Source of the DNA: Thermoanaerobaculia bacterium
GTDB lineage: Bacteria; Acidobacteriota; Thermoanaerobaculia; Multivoradales; Multivoraceae
Direction: 5' to 3'
Assembly: GCA_963666565.1 (NCBI GenBank)
Contig: OY762911.1
Location: 2,976,001 to 3,040,000 of the forward strand
Length of the DNA: 64,000 bases
Shown here: positions 19,149 through 28,761 of the stretch, in pieces
Layout: each line of letters starts with the position of its first letter
Position numbering within the stretch: the stretch's first letter is position 1
The notes under the pieces: model-generated
The model's database searches: none
What the model was told of the DNA's origin: nothing
The model's input: only the letters and a program-made list of their open reading frames with translations
Translations under genes and position numbers: made by a program

Positions 19149-19775
19149 ATGACGACATCCGAGAGGTTGGGAACGGAGACGGCGTGGACGAGCGGAAGGA
19201 CGGCCGCGAGGCGCAGGGCGCTGACCGACGCGGGGATGGACCGCCCGGTGGCGGAGACGCTTGTCGACCTGCTGGATGAACAGGCGGCGCCGACGATGAC
19301 GAGGGCTGAAGCGGACACGCGGTTTGCGGCGATGCTCGAGCGTCACGACGCCCGGTTCGCGGCGATGCTGGAGCGTCACGAGACGACGAAGGTCGAAGTG
19401 GACGCGCGATTCGCGGCGATGCTGGAGCGTGACGATGCGAAGCGGGCACGGGACCGGGCGGAGGTCAAGGCTCTTTTCGCGGAGTTCAGGGGCGAAGTGG
19501 ACTCCCGCTTCGCTCAGGTCGATGCACGCTTCGCTCAGGTCGATGTGCGCTTCGCTCAGGTCGACTCTCGCTTCGCGGAGTTGAAGGGCGAACTGGACGC
19601 CCGGTTCGGCCTGGTCGAGGCCCGGTTCGGCTCGATCGAGGGACAGGTCGCGGGGCAGACCGCGGGGCTGGCGGGTCAGTTGGGCACGCTGAAGTGGACC
19701 TTCGGCAGCCTCATGGCCTTCAACACGCTGCTTCTCGGCGTTCTGACCTACGCGGTGGCCTTCCAGGCGCCGTGA
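19149..19775 (+). CDS. Membrane-anchored coiled-coil repeat protein (DUF1640/CCDC90-like)
   Basis: Head ALTDAGMDRPVAETLV, repeats DARFAAMLERH and VDARFAQ, and C-terminal TM LKWTFGSLMAFNTLLLGVLTYAV. Confidence 0.75.
   Translation: MTTSERLGTETAWTSGRTAARRRALTDAGMDRPVAETLVDLLDEQAAPTMTRAEADTRFAAMLERHDARFAAMLERHETTKVEVDARFAAMLERDDAKRARDRAEVKALFAEFRGEVDSRFAQVDARFAQVDVRFAQVDSRFAELKGELDARFGLVEARFGSIEGQVAGQTAGLAGQLGTLKWTFGSLMAFNTLLLGVLTYAVAFQAP
19497..19580 (+). repeat. 4 x 21-bp intragenic tandem repeat (heptad VDxRFAQ)
   Basis: Unit GT(C/G)GA(C/T)nnnCGCTTCGCTCAG repeated. 33-bp repeats also occur at 19314-19379 and 19401-19433. Confidence 0.85.
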
Positions 19776-20215
19776 GCCTGATCGACGGCGTCGGCGGCGC
19801 CTTCGTCTTCACGGAGGACCCCAAACGGCTCGCGGACTGGTACGCGGAGCACCTCGGCATCGAGTTCGAGGGAAGCGAGGAGTTCGGCGCCTTCTACGTC
19901 CGCTACGTGGCCGCGGACCCGGACGATGCGGCCTGGGTCATGGACACGACCTTCGCGATCATGAAGGCGAAGAGGCCCGTACCGCCGATGCCGCGCAACG
20001 AGGGTGCGGAGCAGGGCGACATGTACGGCGATCAGCCGTTCATGGTGAATCTGCGCGTGCGCGACCTGGACGCGGTGCTGGCGCGCCTCGCCGAACGGGG
20101 CGTTGAGGCGCTCCGCCGGGACGACGAGGGCTACGCCCTGTTCGCGTGGATCCGGGACGCCGACGGAAACCGGGTCGAGCTGTACCAGCCGCGCATGGAG
20201 GACGCATCCGGGTGA
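19772..20215 (+). CDS. VOC/glyoxalase-family protein
   Basis: GTGA overlap. Motifs GVGGAFVFTEDPKRLADWYAEHLG, MVNLRVRDLDA and FAWIRDADGNRVELYQP. Confidence 0.88.
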   Translation: MSLIDGVGGAFVFTEDPKRLADWYAEHLGIEFEGSEEFGAFYVRYVAADPDDAAWVMDTTFAIMKAKRPVPPMPRNEGAEQGDMYGDQPFMVNLRVRDLDAVLARLAERGVEALRRDDEGYALFAWIRDADGNRVELYQPRMEDASG

Positions 20216-20284
20216 GGCCGGAAAGGCGGGCCGGCCGCGGGCTGGCTCCACTCCGGCGGCCGGTTTCATGCAAGAGTGTCGTCC

Positions 20285-21928
20285 ATGAGATGGCCATTCG
20301 TCGCCTGCATGATGGCCTCGGGACTGGCTTGGGCCTTGCCGCCTGCGGCGGCTCAGCCCGACCCGGCACCTCCCGCGGATCTGCTCTTCGGCGAGGAGAT
20401 CGACGTCCGGGTAGTCAACCTGGAGGTGGTGGTCGAGGACCGGTCGGGCGACCGCGTGCATGGGCTCGAAGCGGACGACTTCCGGCTCCTGGTGAACGGC
20501 GTCGAGGTCGAAGTCGACTACTTCACGGAGATCCTCGAGAACCGGGCCGTCGAATCGCGCGACGGCGCCGCGCCGCCGGCGATCGGCGACGGCGACTCGG
20601 TACAGACGAACTACCTGCTGTTCGTCGACGACGACCATACGCACGTCACGTTCAGGAAGCCGGTAATCCGCGGTTTCGCGAGGCAGTTGGCGAACCTAGG
20701 CCTGCGGGATCAGGTCGCCGTCGTCGTGCAGACCCGCCGCCGGCTGCAGGTTCTGAGCCCGTTCACGACCGACCGCCGGCGGACCCGCGCGGCCCTCGAA
20801 CAGCTCGAACGTGGGCGACCGTTCGGCGGGGTTCTCAGGTCGCCTCGCCTGATCGACCAGCAGCGCTTCGCCGCTGTCCGGGTGGGCGGTTCACTGCCGG
20901 CCGCCAGGTTCGACGAGGATCTGACGTCCGTCGCCGCCGACCTGCCGTTCGCCTCCATGGACCTGCCGAGCGCCGCGAGCGAAGCGCAAGCCGAGAGCCT
21001 GGCGCGCGACCTCGAGTTCTCTGTGACCGCGGTCAGCTCGACGATGCGGGCGCTCGACGTGCCGGACGGTCGCAAGGTGCTCCTGCTGGTGGCGGGCGAC
21101 TGGCCGGTGGGGTCGTTTCGGCCCGGAGGGCGGGGGATAGGGCTTCGCCCGGACTGGGACATTCTCGACGGCCTGGTCGACACCGCCAACGTGCTTGGCT
21201 ACACGATCTACCCGGTGGACCAGCAGAAGGGGCCGAGCGTCTGGCGTTGGCAGAACCTGCGGAAGGTCGCGGACGGGACGGGGGGCAGGGCGTTCATGGC
21301 GGGCGCCAACCTGCGTGCGCTCGGGCGGGCCAGCGAGGACGTGGCGAACTACTACTGGCTCGGCTTCGTGCCCGAGTACCGCCGCGACGACCGGGCCCAC
21401 GACGTGCGGGTCGAGGTTCGCCGGCCCGGCCTGCGGGTGCGCTCGCGGAGCGGGTACGTCGATCTCTCGCGCCGAGCCGAGGCGGACATGGAGACGCAGG
21501 GCCGGCTGCTGTTTCCCGACCGGACCCGGACCCGCGGGGCGCCGTCACTGCGGGTGGAGATCGCCGAGCCGGAACCGACCGGGCCGTTTCGCCGCAAGAT
21601 GCTGGTGCCGGTGACCGTACACGTCCCGGTCGGCTACTTCCCCGCATTCCCCTTCGAGGATCGGTTCCTCGCTCGCCTGGAACTCCGCTTCGCCGTCGTC
21701 GACCGGAACGGGCAGCAGGCGCGGATTCCGGTCATTCCGCTCAGCTTCGCCGGCAGGACGCAGCCGGCCCCGGACGCCGTCGTACCGTACGACACCGTTC
21801 TGACCCTGCGCCGGAGGCCGCACGATCTGCTCGTCTCCGTACACGACCCGGTAAGCCGGCTGACCGTCAGCGTACGGACGCAAGTCGGGCCGCGGATGGC
21901 GCCGGCCGCGACCGGGGACGCGCCTTGA
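20285..21928 (+). CDS. Secreted acidobacterial-type VWA-domain protein
   Basis: Signal peptide, then FGEEIDVRVVNLEVVVEDRSG..VHGLEADDF, DGRKVLLLVAGDW, VADGTGG and YYWLGF...HDVRVEV.RPGLRVRSRSGY. Confidence 0.85.
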   Translation: MRWPFVACMMASGLAWALPPAAAQPDPAPPADLLFGEEIDVRVVNLEVVVEDRSGDRVHGLEADDFRLLVNGVEVEVDYFTEILENRAVESRDGAAPPAIGDGDSVQTNYLLFVDDDHTHVTFRKPVIRGFARQLANLGLRDQVAVVVQTRRRLQVLSPFTTDRRRTRAALEQLERGRPFGGVLRSPRLIDQQRFAAVRVGGSLPAARFDEDLTSVAADLPFASMDLPSAASEAQAESLARDLEFSVTAVSSTMRALDVPDGRKVLLLVAGDWPVGSFRPGGRGIGLRPDWDILDGLVDTANVLGYTIYPVDQQKGPSVWRWQNLRKVADGTGGRAFMAGANLRALGRASEDVANYYWLGFVPEYRRDDRAHDVRVEVRRPGLRVRSRSGYVDLSRRAEADMETQGRLLFPDRTRTRGAPSLRVEIAEPEPTGPFRRKMLVPVTVHVPVGYFPAFPFEDRFLARLELRFAVVDRNGQQARIPVIPLSFAGRTQPAPDAVVPYDTVLTLRRRPHDLLVSVHDPVSRLTVSVRTQVGPRMAPAATGDAP

Positions 21929-21940
21929 GCCCGGGCGCCG

Positions 21941-22462
21941 CTACTCGAGACCCAGGCAGGCGTCCTTCGCGCCGGCCGGGTTCATCGCCTCGGCGCCGGC
22001 GCCGATGTAGGCGATCCTGCCGTCCTTGCCGACCACGTAGGTGACGCGGTTGGCGGCCGTGGGGAACCTCTCCATCATGCCGCCGTACTGCTTGGCGACT
22101 TCGCCGCCGACGTCGCTCAGGAGCGCGAAGTCGAGCTCCAGTTCCTCGGCGAACCTCTTGTTTTCGCCGAGTTCGTCGGTGCTGACGCCGAAGACGATGG
22201 AATCGCTGCCCGTGAAGTCGGAGATACCAGCCTGGTATCCCTTCATTTCCATCGTTCAGCCGGCGGTGAAAGCCTTGGGGAAGAAGGCCAGGACGACGTT
22301 CTTCCGGCCGGCGAAGGAGGACAGGGTCACCTGGCTGCCGTCGGTGCTGGGCAGGGTGAAGTCCGGCGCGGCGTCGCCGACGGCGAGGTCCGCCGCGCCC
22401 GCGCCCGGCGGGGCGAGCGTGACGGCGGTGGCGAGCATTGCGGCTGGCACGAGGCTCTTCAT
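21941..22462 (-). CDS. Secreted peroxiredoxin (AhpC/TSA, BCP-like) with in-frame UGA at the peroxidatic site; probable selenoprotein (173 aa)
   Basis: GGAG RBS and ATG 22462, signal peptide, then [10 protein letters not shown]...[16 protein letters not shown](22256-58)-TMEMKGY...VFGVSTD...[14 protein letters not shown] in one frame. The ORF track splits it in two. Confidence 0.88.
22213..22245 (-). promoter_or_regulatory. Bacterial SECIS-like stem-loop
   Basis: Minus strand UGAAG-GGAUACCA-GGC-UGGUAUCU-CCGA-CUUCA. The G-containing apical loop starts about 23 nt after the UGA. Confidence 0.75.
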
Positions 22463-22670
22463 GGGTTCTCCGTTTTGGGGGCCGCCCTGCTCTTCGAGTT
22501 CCGGGCGGCGTTGCGCTTGGTGGTCGTGGCGGCGGGAGTGTAGCAGCGTCGAACGGGGATGGAGTTCGCCTCGCGCGGCGCCGTCCGTTAGGCTCGGCGG
22601 TGCAGGCGCCCGAGCTTGAACGCACCGACTCGAATCCGCCGCAGCCGACCTTCCGGAAGGAGTTGAGCAG

Positions 22671-23780
22671 ATGACGAAGACGACCGGAAACCGCATGTTC
22701 CGATCCATGGCCGGCGGCGCCGCCGCACTGTCGATCGCGGCGCTGCTCCTGCCCGCCGCCCTGCCCGCCGCCGACGGCGACGGGGACATTCCGCGGACGG
22801 CGAGCGGCCGCCCGGACCTGACCGGCGTGTACGACATCGCCACCCTGACACCGCTCGAACGGGATCCGAAGTTCGGCGAGAACCTCTACCTCTCGCCCGA
22901 GGAGGCGGAGGAGATCGCCCGGACCGTCGCCGACCGGCGGGCCGCCGATCTCAAGGCCAGCGACCCGACGCGCGAAGCGCCGCCGGCCGGCGGCGACGGA
23001 TCTCCCGGCGCCGCGGGCAACGTCGGCGGCTACAACGACTTCTGGCTGGACTACGGCAGCCGCTCGATCTCCATCGACGGCAAGTTCCGCACCTCCCTGG
23101 TGTTCGATCCGCCGAACGGGCGCCTGCCGGAGATGACGCCGGAGGCGCAGCGGAAGCGGACGGCCTTCTTCACCCTCTTCCGCGAGAACACGGGGACGGC
23201 GTGGTGGCTCGAGAACGACGGCCCGGGCCCCTACGACGACATCGAGCAGCGGCCCCTCGGCGAGCGCTGCATCCTCGGCTTCGGCTCGACGTCGGGGCCG
23301 CCGATGCTGCCGACCGCCTACAACAACCTGAAGCGGGTGGTGCAGACCGAGGACCACGTGATGATCCTGGCCGAGATGATCCACGACGCGCGCATCATCC
23401 GCATCGGCGGCGAGCACCTGCCAGCCGGGAACGCGGCGTACATGGGCGACTCGGTCGGCCGCTGGGAGGGCGACACGCTGGTCGTCGAGACAAGGAACTT
23501 CGGCGCCAAGCCGGGGATGTACACCTACGGAGCGGGCGAGAGCCTCCAGGTGACCGAGCGCTTCAGCCGCATCGACGAGCACACGCTGAACTACAGCTTC
23601 ACGGTCGAGGATGCGACGACGTGGGAGACGGCGTGGAGCGGCGAGTTCCCGTGGCCGGCCGCGGACGGGCGGGTCTACGAGTACGCCTGCCACGAGGGAA
23701 ACTACGCGATGGGCAACATCATGCGCGGCGCCCGGCTGCTCGAGGCCGATGCGGCGGCCGCGGCCTCCGGCGGTGAGTAG
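22671..23780 (+). CDS. Conserved-looking secreted hypothetical protein (369 aa)
   Basis: AAGGAG RBS and signal peptide. Motifs [40 protein letters not shown] and [10 protein letters not shown]. Confidence 0.82.
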   Translation: MTKTTGNRMFRSMAGGAAALSIAALLLPAALPAADGDGDIPRTASGRPDLTGVYDIATLTPLERDPKFGENLYLSPEEAEEIARTVADRRAADLKASDPTREAPPAGGDGSPGAAGNVGGYNDFWLDYGSRSISIDGKFRTSLVFDPPNGRLPEMTPEAQRKRTAFFTLFRENTGTAWWLENDGPGPYDDIEQRPLGERCILGFGSTSGPPMLPTAYNNLKRVVQTEDHVMILAEMIHDARIIRIGGEHLPAGNAAYMGDSVGRWEGDTLVVETRNFGAKPGMYTYGAGESLQVTERFSRIDEHTLNYSFTVEDATTWETAWSGEFPWPAADGRVYEYACHEGNYAMGNIMRGARLLEADAAAAASGGE

Positions 23781-23798
23781 GAGTCTCCGCCCATTCGC

Positions 23799-26700
23799 TT
23801 GAAGCGCTGCGCGGCAACGTTCGCTTCGCTCGCGGCAGGCGCGATGCCGCTCGCCGCCTGCGGCCAGCCGGCGCTCGATGGCGTACCGCCGGGCTTCGAG
23901 CTCCACCCGGCGTTCCGGCTCGAAATCGCGGCGGCCGAGCCGGTAACGGTCGACCCGATCGACCTCGCCTTCGACGAGCGCGGGCGCGTCTTCGTTCTCG
24001 AACTGCCGGGCTATCCCGACATGGAGCGCCCGGCGCGGATCGCCGAACTCACGGACGGCGACGGCGACGGACGCTGGGACGAGCGCCGCCTGTTCGCGGA
24101 CGATCTCGGCATGGCGGATTCGATCCTGCCATGGCGGCGGGGGCTGCTGACGGCGGCGCCGCCGCACCTCCTCTACCTCGAGGACACAAACGGCGACGGC
24201 AGGGCGGACCGGCGGGACGTGCTGCTGAGCGGCTTCGCGGAGGGCAATCCGCAGCACAACGTGAACGCGCTCCGCTACGGCCTGGACAACTGGGTCCACG
24301 GCGTCAACGGGGGCAACGGCGCGCGCGTCTTCTGGCCGGACGCGCCCGAGGAGGCCGCGGATATCGGGCAGGACGACTTCCGGGTGGACCTCGGCGGTGG
24401 CCGCTTCGAGCGGACCGGCCGCGGCGCCGGCGGGTTCGGCATGACCTTCGGCCCCTGGGGGCGGGCCTTCGGCACGCACAACCTGGACCATCTGAGCCAG
24501 GTCGTCGTTCCGCGCCGCTACCTCGATGGGCTGCCGCCGGCCTGGCAGGACGGCCGGCAGCGTCTGGCGGCGCCCCCGGACGGTGGCCCGGCCGAGCTGT
24601 TTCCGATCGGCGTGCGGCAGACGCGGCCGAACCACCCGGAGCAGTCGAGCCGCTTCTCGGCGGCCAGCGCGGTGACGGCGTACGCCGGCGGCGCCTTCGG
24701 CAGCGCGGGCCTGGGCGGAGACGGAGCCATCCTGGGCGGCGGCGGAACCGGCACTGTTGAGCGGGGGATCGACGTGTTCGTGGCCGATCCGTCCGCGAAC
24801 GTGGTCCATCGCGCGGTCGTCGACACCTCGGGCGCCGCGGCCGAAGCGGCGCGGGGCCGGCCGGGAGTCGAGTTCCTGGCCTCGACCGATCCGCTGTTCC
24901 GGCCGGTCAACCTGACGGTGGGGCCGGACGGCGCGCTCTACGTCCTGGACATGCACCGCGGCGTCGTCGAGCACCCCGAGTGGATCCCCGACCCGATGGA
25001 GGCGGAACTCGACCTCTACGAGGGCGACGACCGGGGCCGCATCTACCGTGTGGTGCCGGCCGCCGGCCTGCCGGCCGGGCATGCCGCCTTCGGCGGCTAC
25101 GACCGCTCGCGCCCCGGCGAACTCCTCGACGCGCTGTCCCACCCGAACCGGTGGCGGCGACTGACCGCGCAGCGCCTCCTCGTCGAGGAGTTCGCGACGG
25201 ACCCGCCGGAGCCCCTCGTCCGGGACCTCCGGCAGATGCTGGAGAACGCGCGGCCGCTGGGGAGGCTTCACGCCCTGTGGACCCTGAGCGGCCTCGGGGC
25301 GCTCGATCCCGAGAGCCTTGGCGCGGCCCTGGCCGACCCGGCGCCGGAGCTCCGGCGCAACGCGGTGCTGGCGTTCGAGGAGACGTCAGGCATCCTGACG
25401 GAGCGGCGCCGGCCGTCCGGCCGGCGCGACTTCCGGCCGCCCGCGGCGGCAGCCCGCGAGGGCGCCGGCGCACCCGGCGTCGGGCCGCGATCGGCGCTGG
25501 CATCCGATGTCGTGGCGCTGATCGGCGATGCGGACTCGGGCGTGAGGCTCCAGGCGATGCTGACCGCCGGACTCCTGCTGCGGTCGGGAATCGACGGCGC
25601 CGAGGCGATTCGCGACGCGGCGATGTCGGCGGTCGTGGCGGGATTGACGGCTTCGGCCGGCGAGTCGCCTGCCGCGCCGCGGTCGGCGGACGAGACGCCG
25701 GCGTCCCCGGACCCGACGGACGAGACGCTCGCGTCCCCGGAGTCGGCGAACGAGGAGCGTTGGCTGCGGCTCGCAGCGGTTTCGGTCCTCGCCGGCGATC
25801 CGGTCGCTTCCCTGGAACTCCTGCTGACAGCGGGCGGCGGCGCGGACGACGTGGTGGAACGGATCGCCGCCCTGCTGCCCGCCGAACGGCTGGGCGAGAC
25901 GATCGCCAGCGACGTGGTGCTGCGGACCCTGGCCGGGTCCGGCGCCCAGGCTTCCGGGACAGGCCGCGCGCTGCTGGCCGGCCTTACGGCGGCGGCCTCC
26001 GGCGGGGAGAACCGGCGGCCCGCGGATTCGACTCTGGCCGTACCGTTGGCGCGCCTGCGGCGTTCAACCGACGACGGCCTCGCGGCCGCCGCGTGGCGCC
26101 TGAGCGCCGCGCTCGGAGCGGGAGCGTCGGCGGAAGAGATCCGGCTTCTCGACTGTGCCGGAATCCGCGCCGGGGATCCGGCCGGTCCGGTTGAGGAGCG
26201 GCTTCAGGCGCTGGCGCTGTTCGCCCTGCGCCGCCAGTGGCCGGCGGATTCGGCGGATGTGGCGGTGCGCTGCCCGCGGACCGGCGGCGGCCCGGCCGAT
26301 ACCGCCTTCACCGGCGGGTCGTGGCTGGAGCGGATGGGGTCGCTGCTCGAAGCGGGGCATCCGCAAGAGGTTCAGCGGGCCGCGATGGCGGAATTCGCGG
26401 CGGCGGACCAGACCGCCGTGACGGCGCACGTGATCGACCGCTGGCCGTACATGGGACCGGCCGCCCGGCGCGACGCGGGCAGCTACCTCATCCGCGGCCG
26501 CGGCCGGCACGGGGCGCTCCTCGACGCGATCGAGAGCGGACGCATCCGGGTCGGGGAGATGAACTTCGACCTGGAGCGGCGCCGCTTCCTGCTGCGTTCG
26601 CCCGAGCCGGAGATCCGCCGGCGGGCGCAAGCCCTGTTCGACGATGCCGGAGTCGTCACCCGGGCCGGCGCGATCGAGGCGATGCGGCCCGCGCTCGAAC

Positions 26701-27413
26701 TCGACGGCGACGTCGCGCGGGGCGAAGCGTTGTTCCTCGAACTCTGCGCCCGCTGCCACCGGAGCGGCGGCGCCGGCGGCGGGCCGGGCCCGGACCTGTC
26801 CGGCATCGGACGCAAGAGCGGCGAGACGCTCCTGCACGACATCCTGGACCCGAACGCGGCGGTCGACGCCGCCTACGTGAACTACATCGTGGAGACCGTG
26901 GACGGCGAGGTCCACACCGGTCTGCTGGCGGAGAGCGCCGGCGGCGCGGTCGCCCTGCGCGCGGCCGAGGACCTGCTGATCGAGGTGCCCGCCGAACGCG
27001 TCCGCGAGATCCGCAGCGACGGCCTGTCGATGATGCCGGAGGAACTCGAGGCGGGGCTCGAACCCGCCGACATGGCGGACCTGCTCGCGTTCCTGAGCAG
27101 ATCGCATCGAACCGCCCGTCCGCCGGGTGCGCGGGTCTTCCGACCCGCTGCCGCCGAAGGCGGCGTCCAACAACGTCGCCGGCAAAGCCGGCGGCCATTC
27201 ATCGGGGCCGCGCCGCTTCGCGGCGCCGCCCTGAGCGGGTCGGAAGACCCGCGCACCCGGCCGGTCGGAAGACCCGCGCAGCCGGCCGGTCGGAAGACCC
27301 GCGCACCCGGCAGATCCGCCAACCCGGCGAACTATCGGCGTCGTTGGACGGCTTCGATCTCCAGGAAACGCTCCTTCAGCCGGACGGCCTGCTCGAGATC
27401 GAGCACCAGGTAG
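23799..27413 (+). CDS. PVC-type membrane-bound dehydrogenase / heme-binding (CxxCH) lipoprotein; C-terminus extended through repeats
   Basis: Lipobox LAA|C, beta-propeller motifs (DPIDLAFDERGR, YGLDNWVH, FRPVNLTVGPDGALYVLDM), HEAT-like helices, CARCH, GPDLSGI and SMMPEELE. Confidence 0.87.
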   Translation: MKRCAATFASLAAGAMPLAACGQPALDGVPPGFELHPAFRLEIAAAEPVTVDPIDLAFDERGRVFVLELPGYPDMERPARIAELTDGDGDGRWDERRLFADDLGMADSILPWRRGLLTAAPPHLLYLEDTNGDGRADRRDVLLSGFAEGNPQHNVNALRYGLDNWVHGVNGGNGARVFWPDAPEEAADIGQDDFRVDLGGGRFERTGRGAGGFGMTFGPWGRAFGTHNLDHLSQVVVPRRYLDGLPPAWQDGRQRLAAPPDGGPAELFPIGVRQTRPNHPEQSSRFSAASAVTAYAGGAFGSAGLGGDGAILGGGGTGTVERGIDVFVADPSANVVHRAVVDTSGAAAEAARGRPGVEFLASTDPLFRPVNLTVGPDGALYVLDMHRGVVEHPEWIPDPMEAELDLYEGDDRGRIYRVVPAAGLPAGHAAFGGYDRSRPGELLDALSHPNRWRRLTAQRLLVEEFATDPPEPLVRDLRQMLENARPLGRLHALWTLSGLGALDPESLGAALADPAPELRRNAVLAFEETSGILTERRRPSGRRDFRPPAAAAREGAGAPGVGPRSALASDVVALIGDADSGVRLQAMLTAGLLLRSGIDGAEAIRDAAMSAVVAGLTASAGESPAAPRSADETPASPDPTDETLASPESANEERWLRLAAVSVLAGDPVASLELLLTAGGGADDVVERIAALLPAERLGETIASDVVLRTLAGSGAQASGTGRALLAGLTAAASGGENRRPADSTLAVPLARLRRSTDDGLAAAAWRLSAALGAGASAEEIRLLDCAGIRAGDPAGPVEERLQALALFALRRQWPADSADVAVRCPRTGGGPADTAFTGGSWLERMGSLLEAGHPQEVQRAAMAEFAAADQTAVTAHVIDRWPYMGPAARRDAGSYLIRGRGRHGALLDAIESGRIRVGEMNFDLERRRFLLRSPEPEIRRRAQALFDDAGVVTRAGAIEAMRPALELDGDVARGEALFLELCARCHRSGGAGGGPGPDLSGIGRKSGETLLHDILDPNAAVDAAYVNYIVETVDGEVHTGLLAESAGGAVALRAAEDLLIEVPAERVREIRSDGLSMMPEELEAGLEPADMADLLAFLSRSHRTARPPGARVFRPAAAEGGVQQRRRQSRRPFIGAAPLRGAALSGSEDPRTRPVGRPAQPAGRKTRAPGRSANPANYRRRWTASISRKRSFSRTACSRSSTR
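27123..27310. repeat. REPIN/BIME-like cluster: inverted REP pair (27123-148, 27235-260) plus two tandem partial copies (27263-280, 27288-310)
   Basis: CCGGGTGCGCGGGTCTTCCGACCCGC ... GCGGGTCGGAAGACCCGCGCACCCGG read directly. Confidence 0.88.
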
Positions 27414-28750
27414 ATCTCGTTCGGGCGCGGCCCCCGGCGGAGATAGTCGTAGAGGTAGCCGGGGATCTTGTCGTGGCGGCCGAGGACTCGCCAGAACGCC
27501 TCCGTCGCAAGGTTCCAGGCACGCTCGGCAAAAGGCGTCGCCACACGGTGCTCGAAGGGCCGGAGATCGTGCATCGCCTCCAGCGCCAGGTAGTTCAGCC
27601 GGCGGGTCGTCTCGTCGACCGGGTACGACAGCACGGAATCGAACGGCATCGGGTCGCCGAACCACGGCGTCAGCGATTCCAGCGCCGTGTTCGGCCCGAG
27701 CGGATAGGGCTCGGCGAACGTGGCGTGGTTGGTGTAGAGCAGCAGGCGGCCGTCCCAGCCGTTCTCCTCCAGCGCCTCGATCAGGGCGACCGTCGTGTAC
27801 TGGTGGTCCCGGTGGGTGTCGAGCAGCGGGTTCGGAGCGGCAATCAGCTCGGCGCCGGTCCAGTCGACCTCGCGCCGCATGTCGGCCACGAGCTCGGGCC
27901 AGGTCGAGACGAACGGCCGCGTGGCCAGTTGCGGTTCCGTGTTCAGGCGCCGGAAGAGGCCGTCGTCGTCGAGGTCGGCGAGGATGGAACCGGCGGCCTC
28001 GGGCCGCCGCTCGTAGAGCCGGCGCAGGGTGCCGTCGAAGTACCCCAGGTTGCGGGCGCGGTTGAACGGGACGTGGCCCAGGAAGGGGATCGTCAGGCTG
28101 TCCCAGGTGCGCATCCAGCCCTTGATCCGGTAGTGCTCGCCGGTGTCCGGGAACAGGCCGCCGTAGTTCTTGCCGCCGTAGTCGCCCGCGGTCACGGTGA
28201 CGACGTCGGAACGGGTGGTCGCGTAGAGGCCGAAAGCGGCGATTTCGGCGTCGTCGGGATGGGGAGCGAGGACGAGCACCCGGGTCTCTTCGTTGATCGG
28301 GGGATTCTCGAACACGACCAGCCGGGTCGGCCCGAGCCGCCAGCCGATGCTCCGGCCGACCATCTCGATGCGACCGGCGCCGGCCGCGGGCGACACGTTC
28401 AGGTAGCGGCGTCCGGTCGAGCGCGGCGCGAAGGACTGGGTGAAGCTCCGGCCGCCGGCGCGGAATTCGATGCTGGGAGAGAGCGAGGGCAGCAGGGGCC
28501 TCGTCCTGGCGTGGAACTCGAGAAGCGCCGTCACGCCATCGCCCGGCGCCTCGCTCGGCCAGTCGAAGCCGTCGCGGCCGAGGTCGACCTCGTGGTTCGT
28601 GCCGCCGCGCCGGTCCAGAGCGTAGTCGTGAGCCTCGCGCGGATCGTGCTCGAAGAAGTGCCGGTAGCCGCTGCCCCGGCAGTGGCCGAGCAGTCCGACC
28701 GCCAGCACGGCGGTCGCGATCAGGGCGATGCGGCGGCGCTCGCGTGTCAT
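27332..28750 (-). CDS. PIG-L/LmbE-family deacetylase with an N-terminal signal or anchor
   Basis: Zinc motifs VLVLAPHPDDAEI, VTVTAGD and DTHRDH. Starts 11 nt after the dnaE stop. Confidence 0.87.
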   Translation of the reverse strand: MTRERRRIALIATAVLAVGLLGHCRGSGYRHFFEHDPREAHDYALDRRGGTNHEVDLGRDGFDWPSEAPGDGVTALLEFHARTRPLLPSLSPSIEFRAGGRSFTQSFAPRSTGRRYLNVSPAAGAGRIEMVGRSIGWRLGPTRLVVFENPPINEETRVLVLAPHPDDAEIAAFGLYATTRSDVVTVTAGDYGGKNYGGLFPDTGEHYRIKGWMRTWDSLTIPFLGHVPFNRARNLGYFDGTLRRLYERRPEAAGSILADLDDDGLFRRLNTEPQLATRPFVSTWPELVADMRREVDWTGAELIAAPNPLLDTHRDHQYTTVALIEALEENGWDGRLLLYTNHATFAEPYPLGPNTALESLTPWFGDPMPFDSVLSYPVDETTRRLNYLALEAMHDLRPFEHRVATPFAERAWNLATEAFWRVLGRHDKIPGYLYDYLRRGPRPNEIYLVLDLEQAVRLKERFLEIEAVQRRR

Positions 28751-28761
28751 CGTCGTCGGGG

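Noticed and set aside
21941-22843. Two separate small ORFs or a nonsense pseudogene
   Set aside because: The single UGA coincides with the catalytic Cys position and is followed by a SECIS-like hairpin, so recoding is the better explanation.
25683-25754. 30-bp intragenic repeat (SADETPASPD/PTDETLASPE)
   Set aside because: It is a short degenerate linker duplication with no evident significance.
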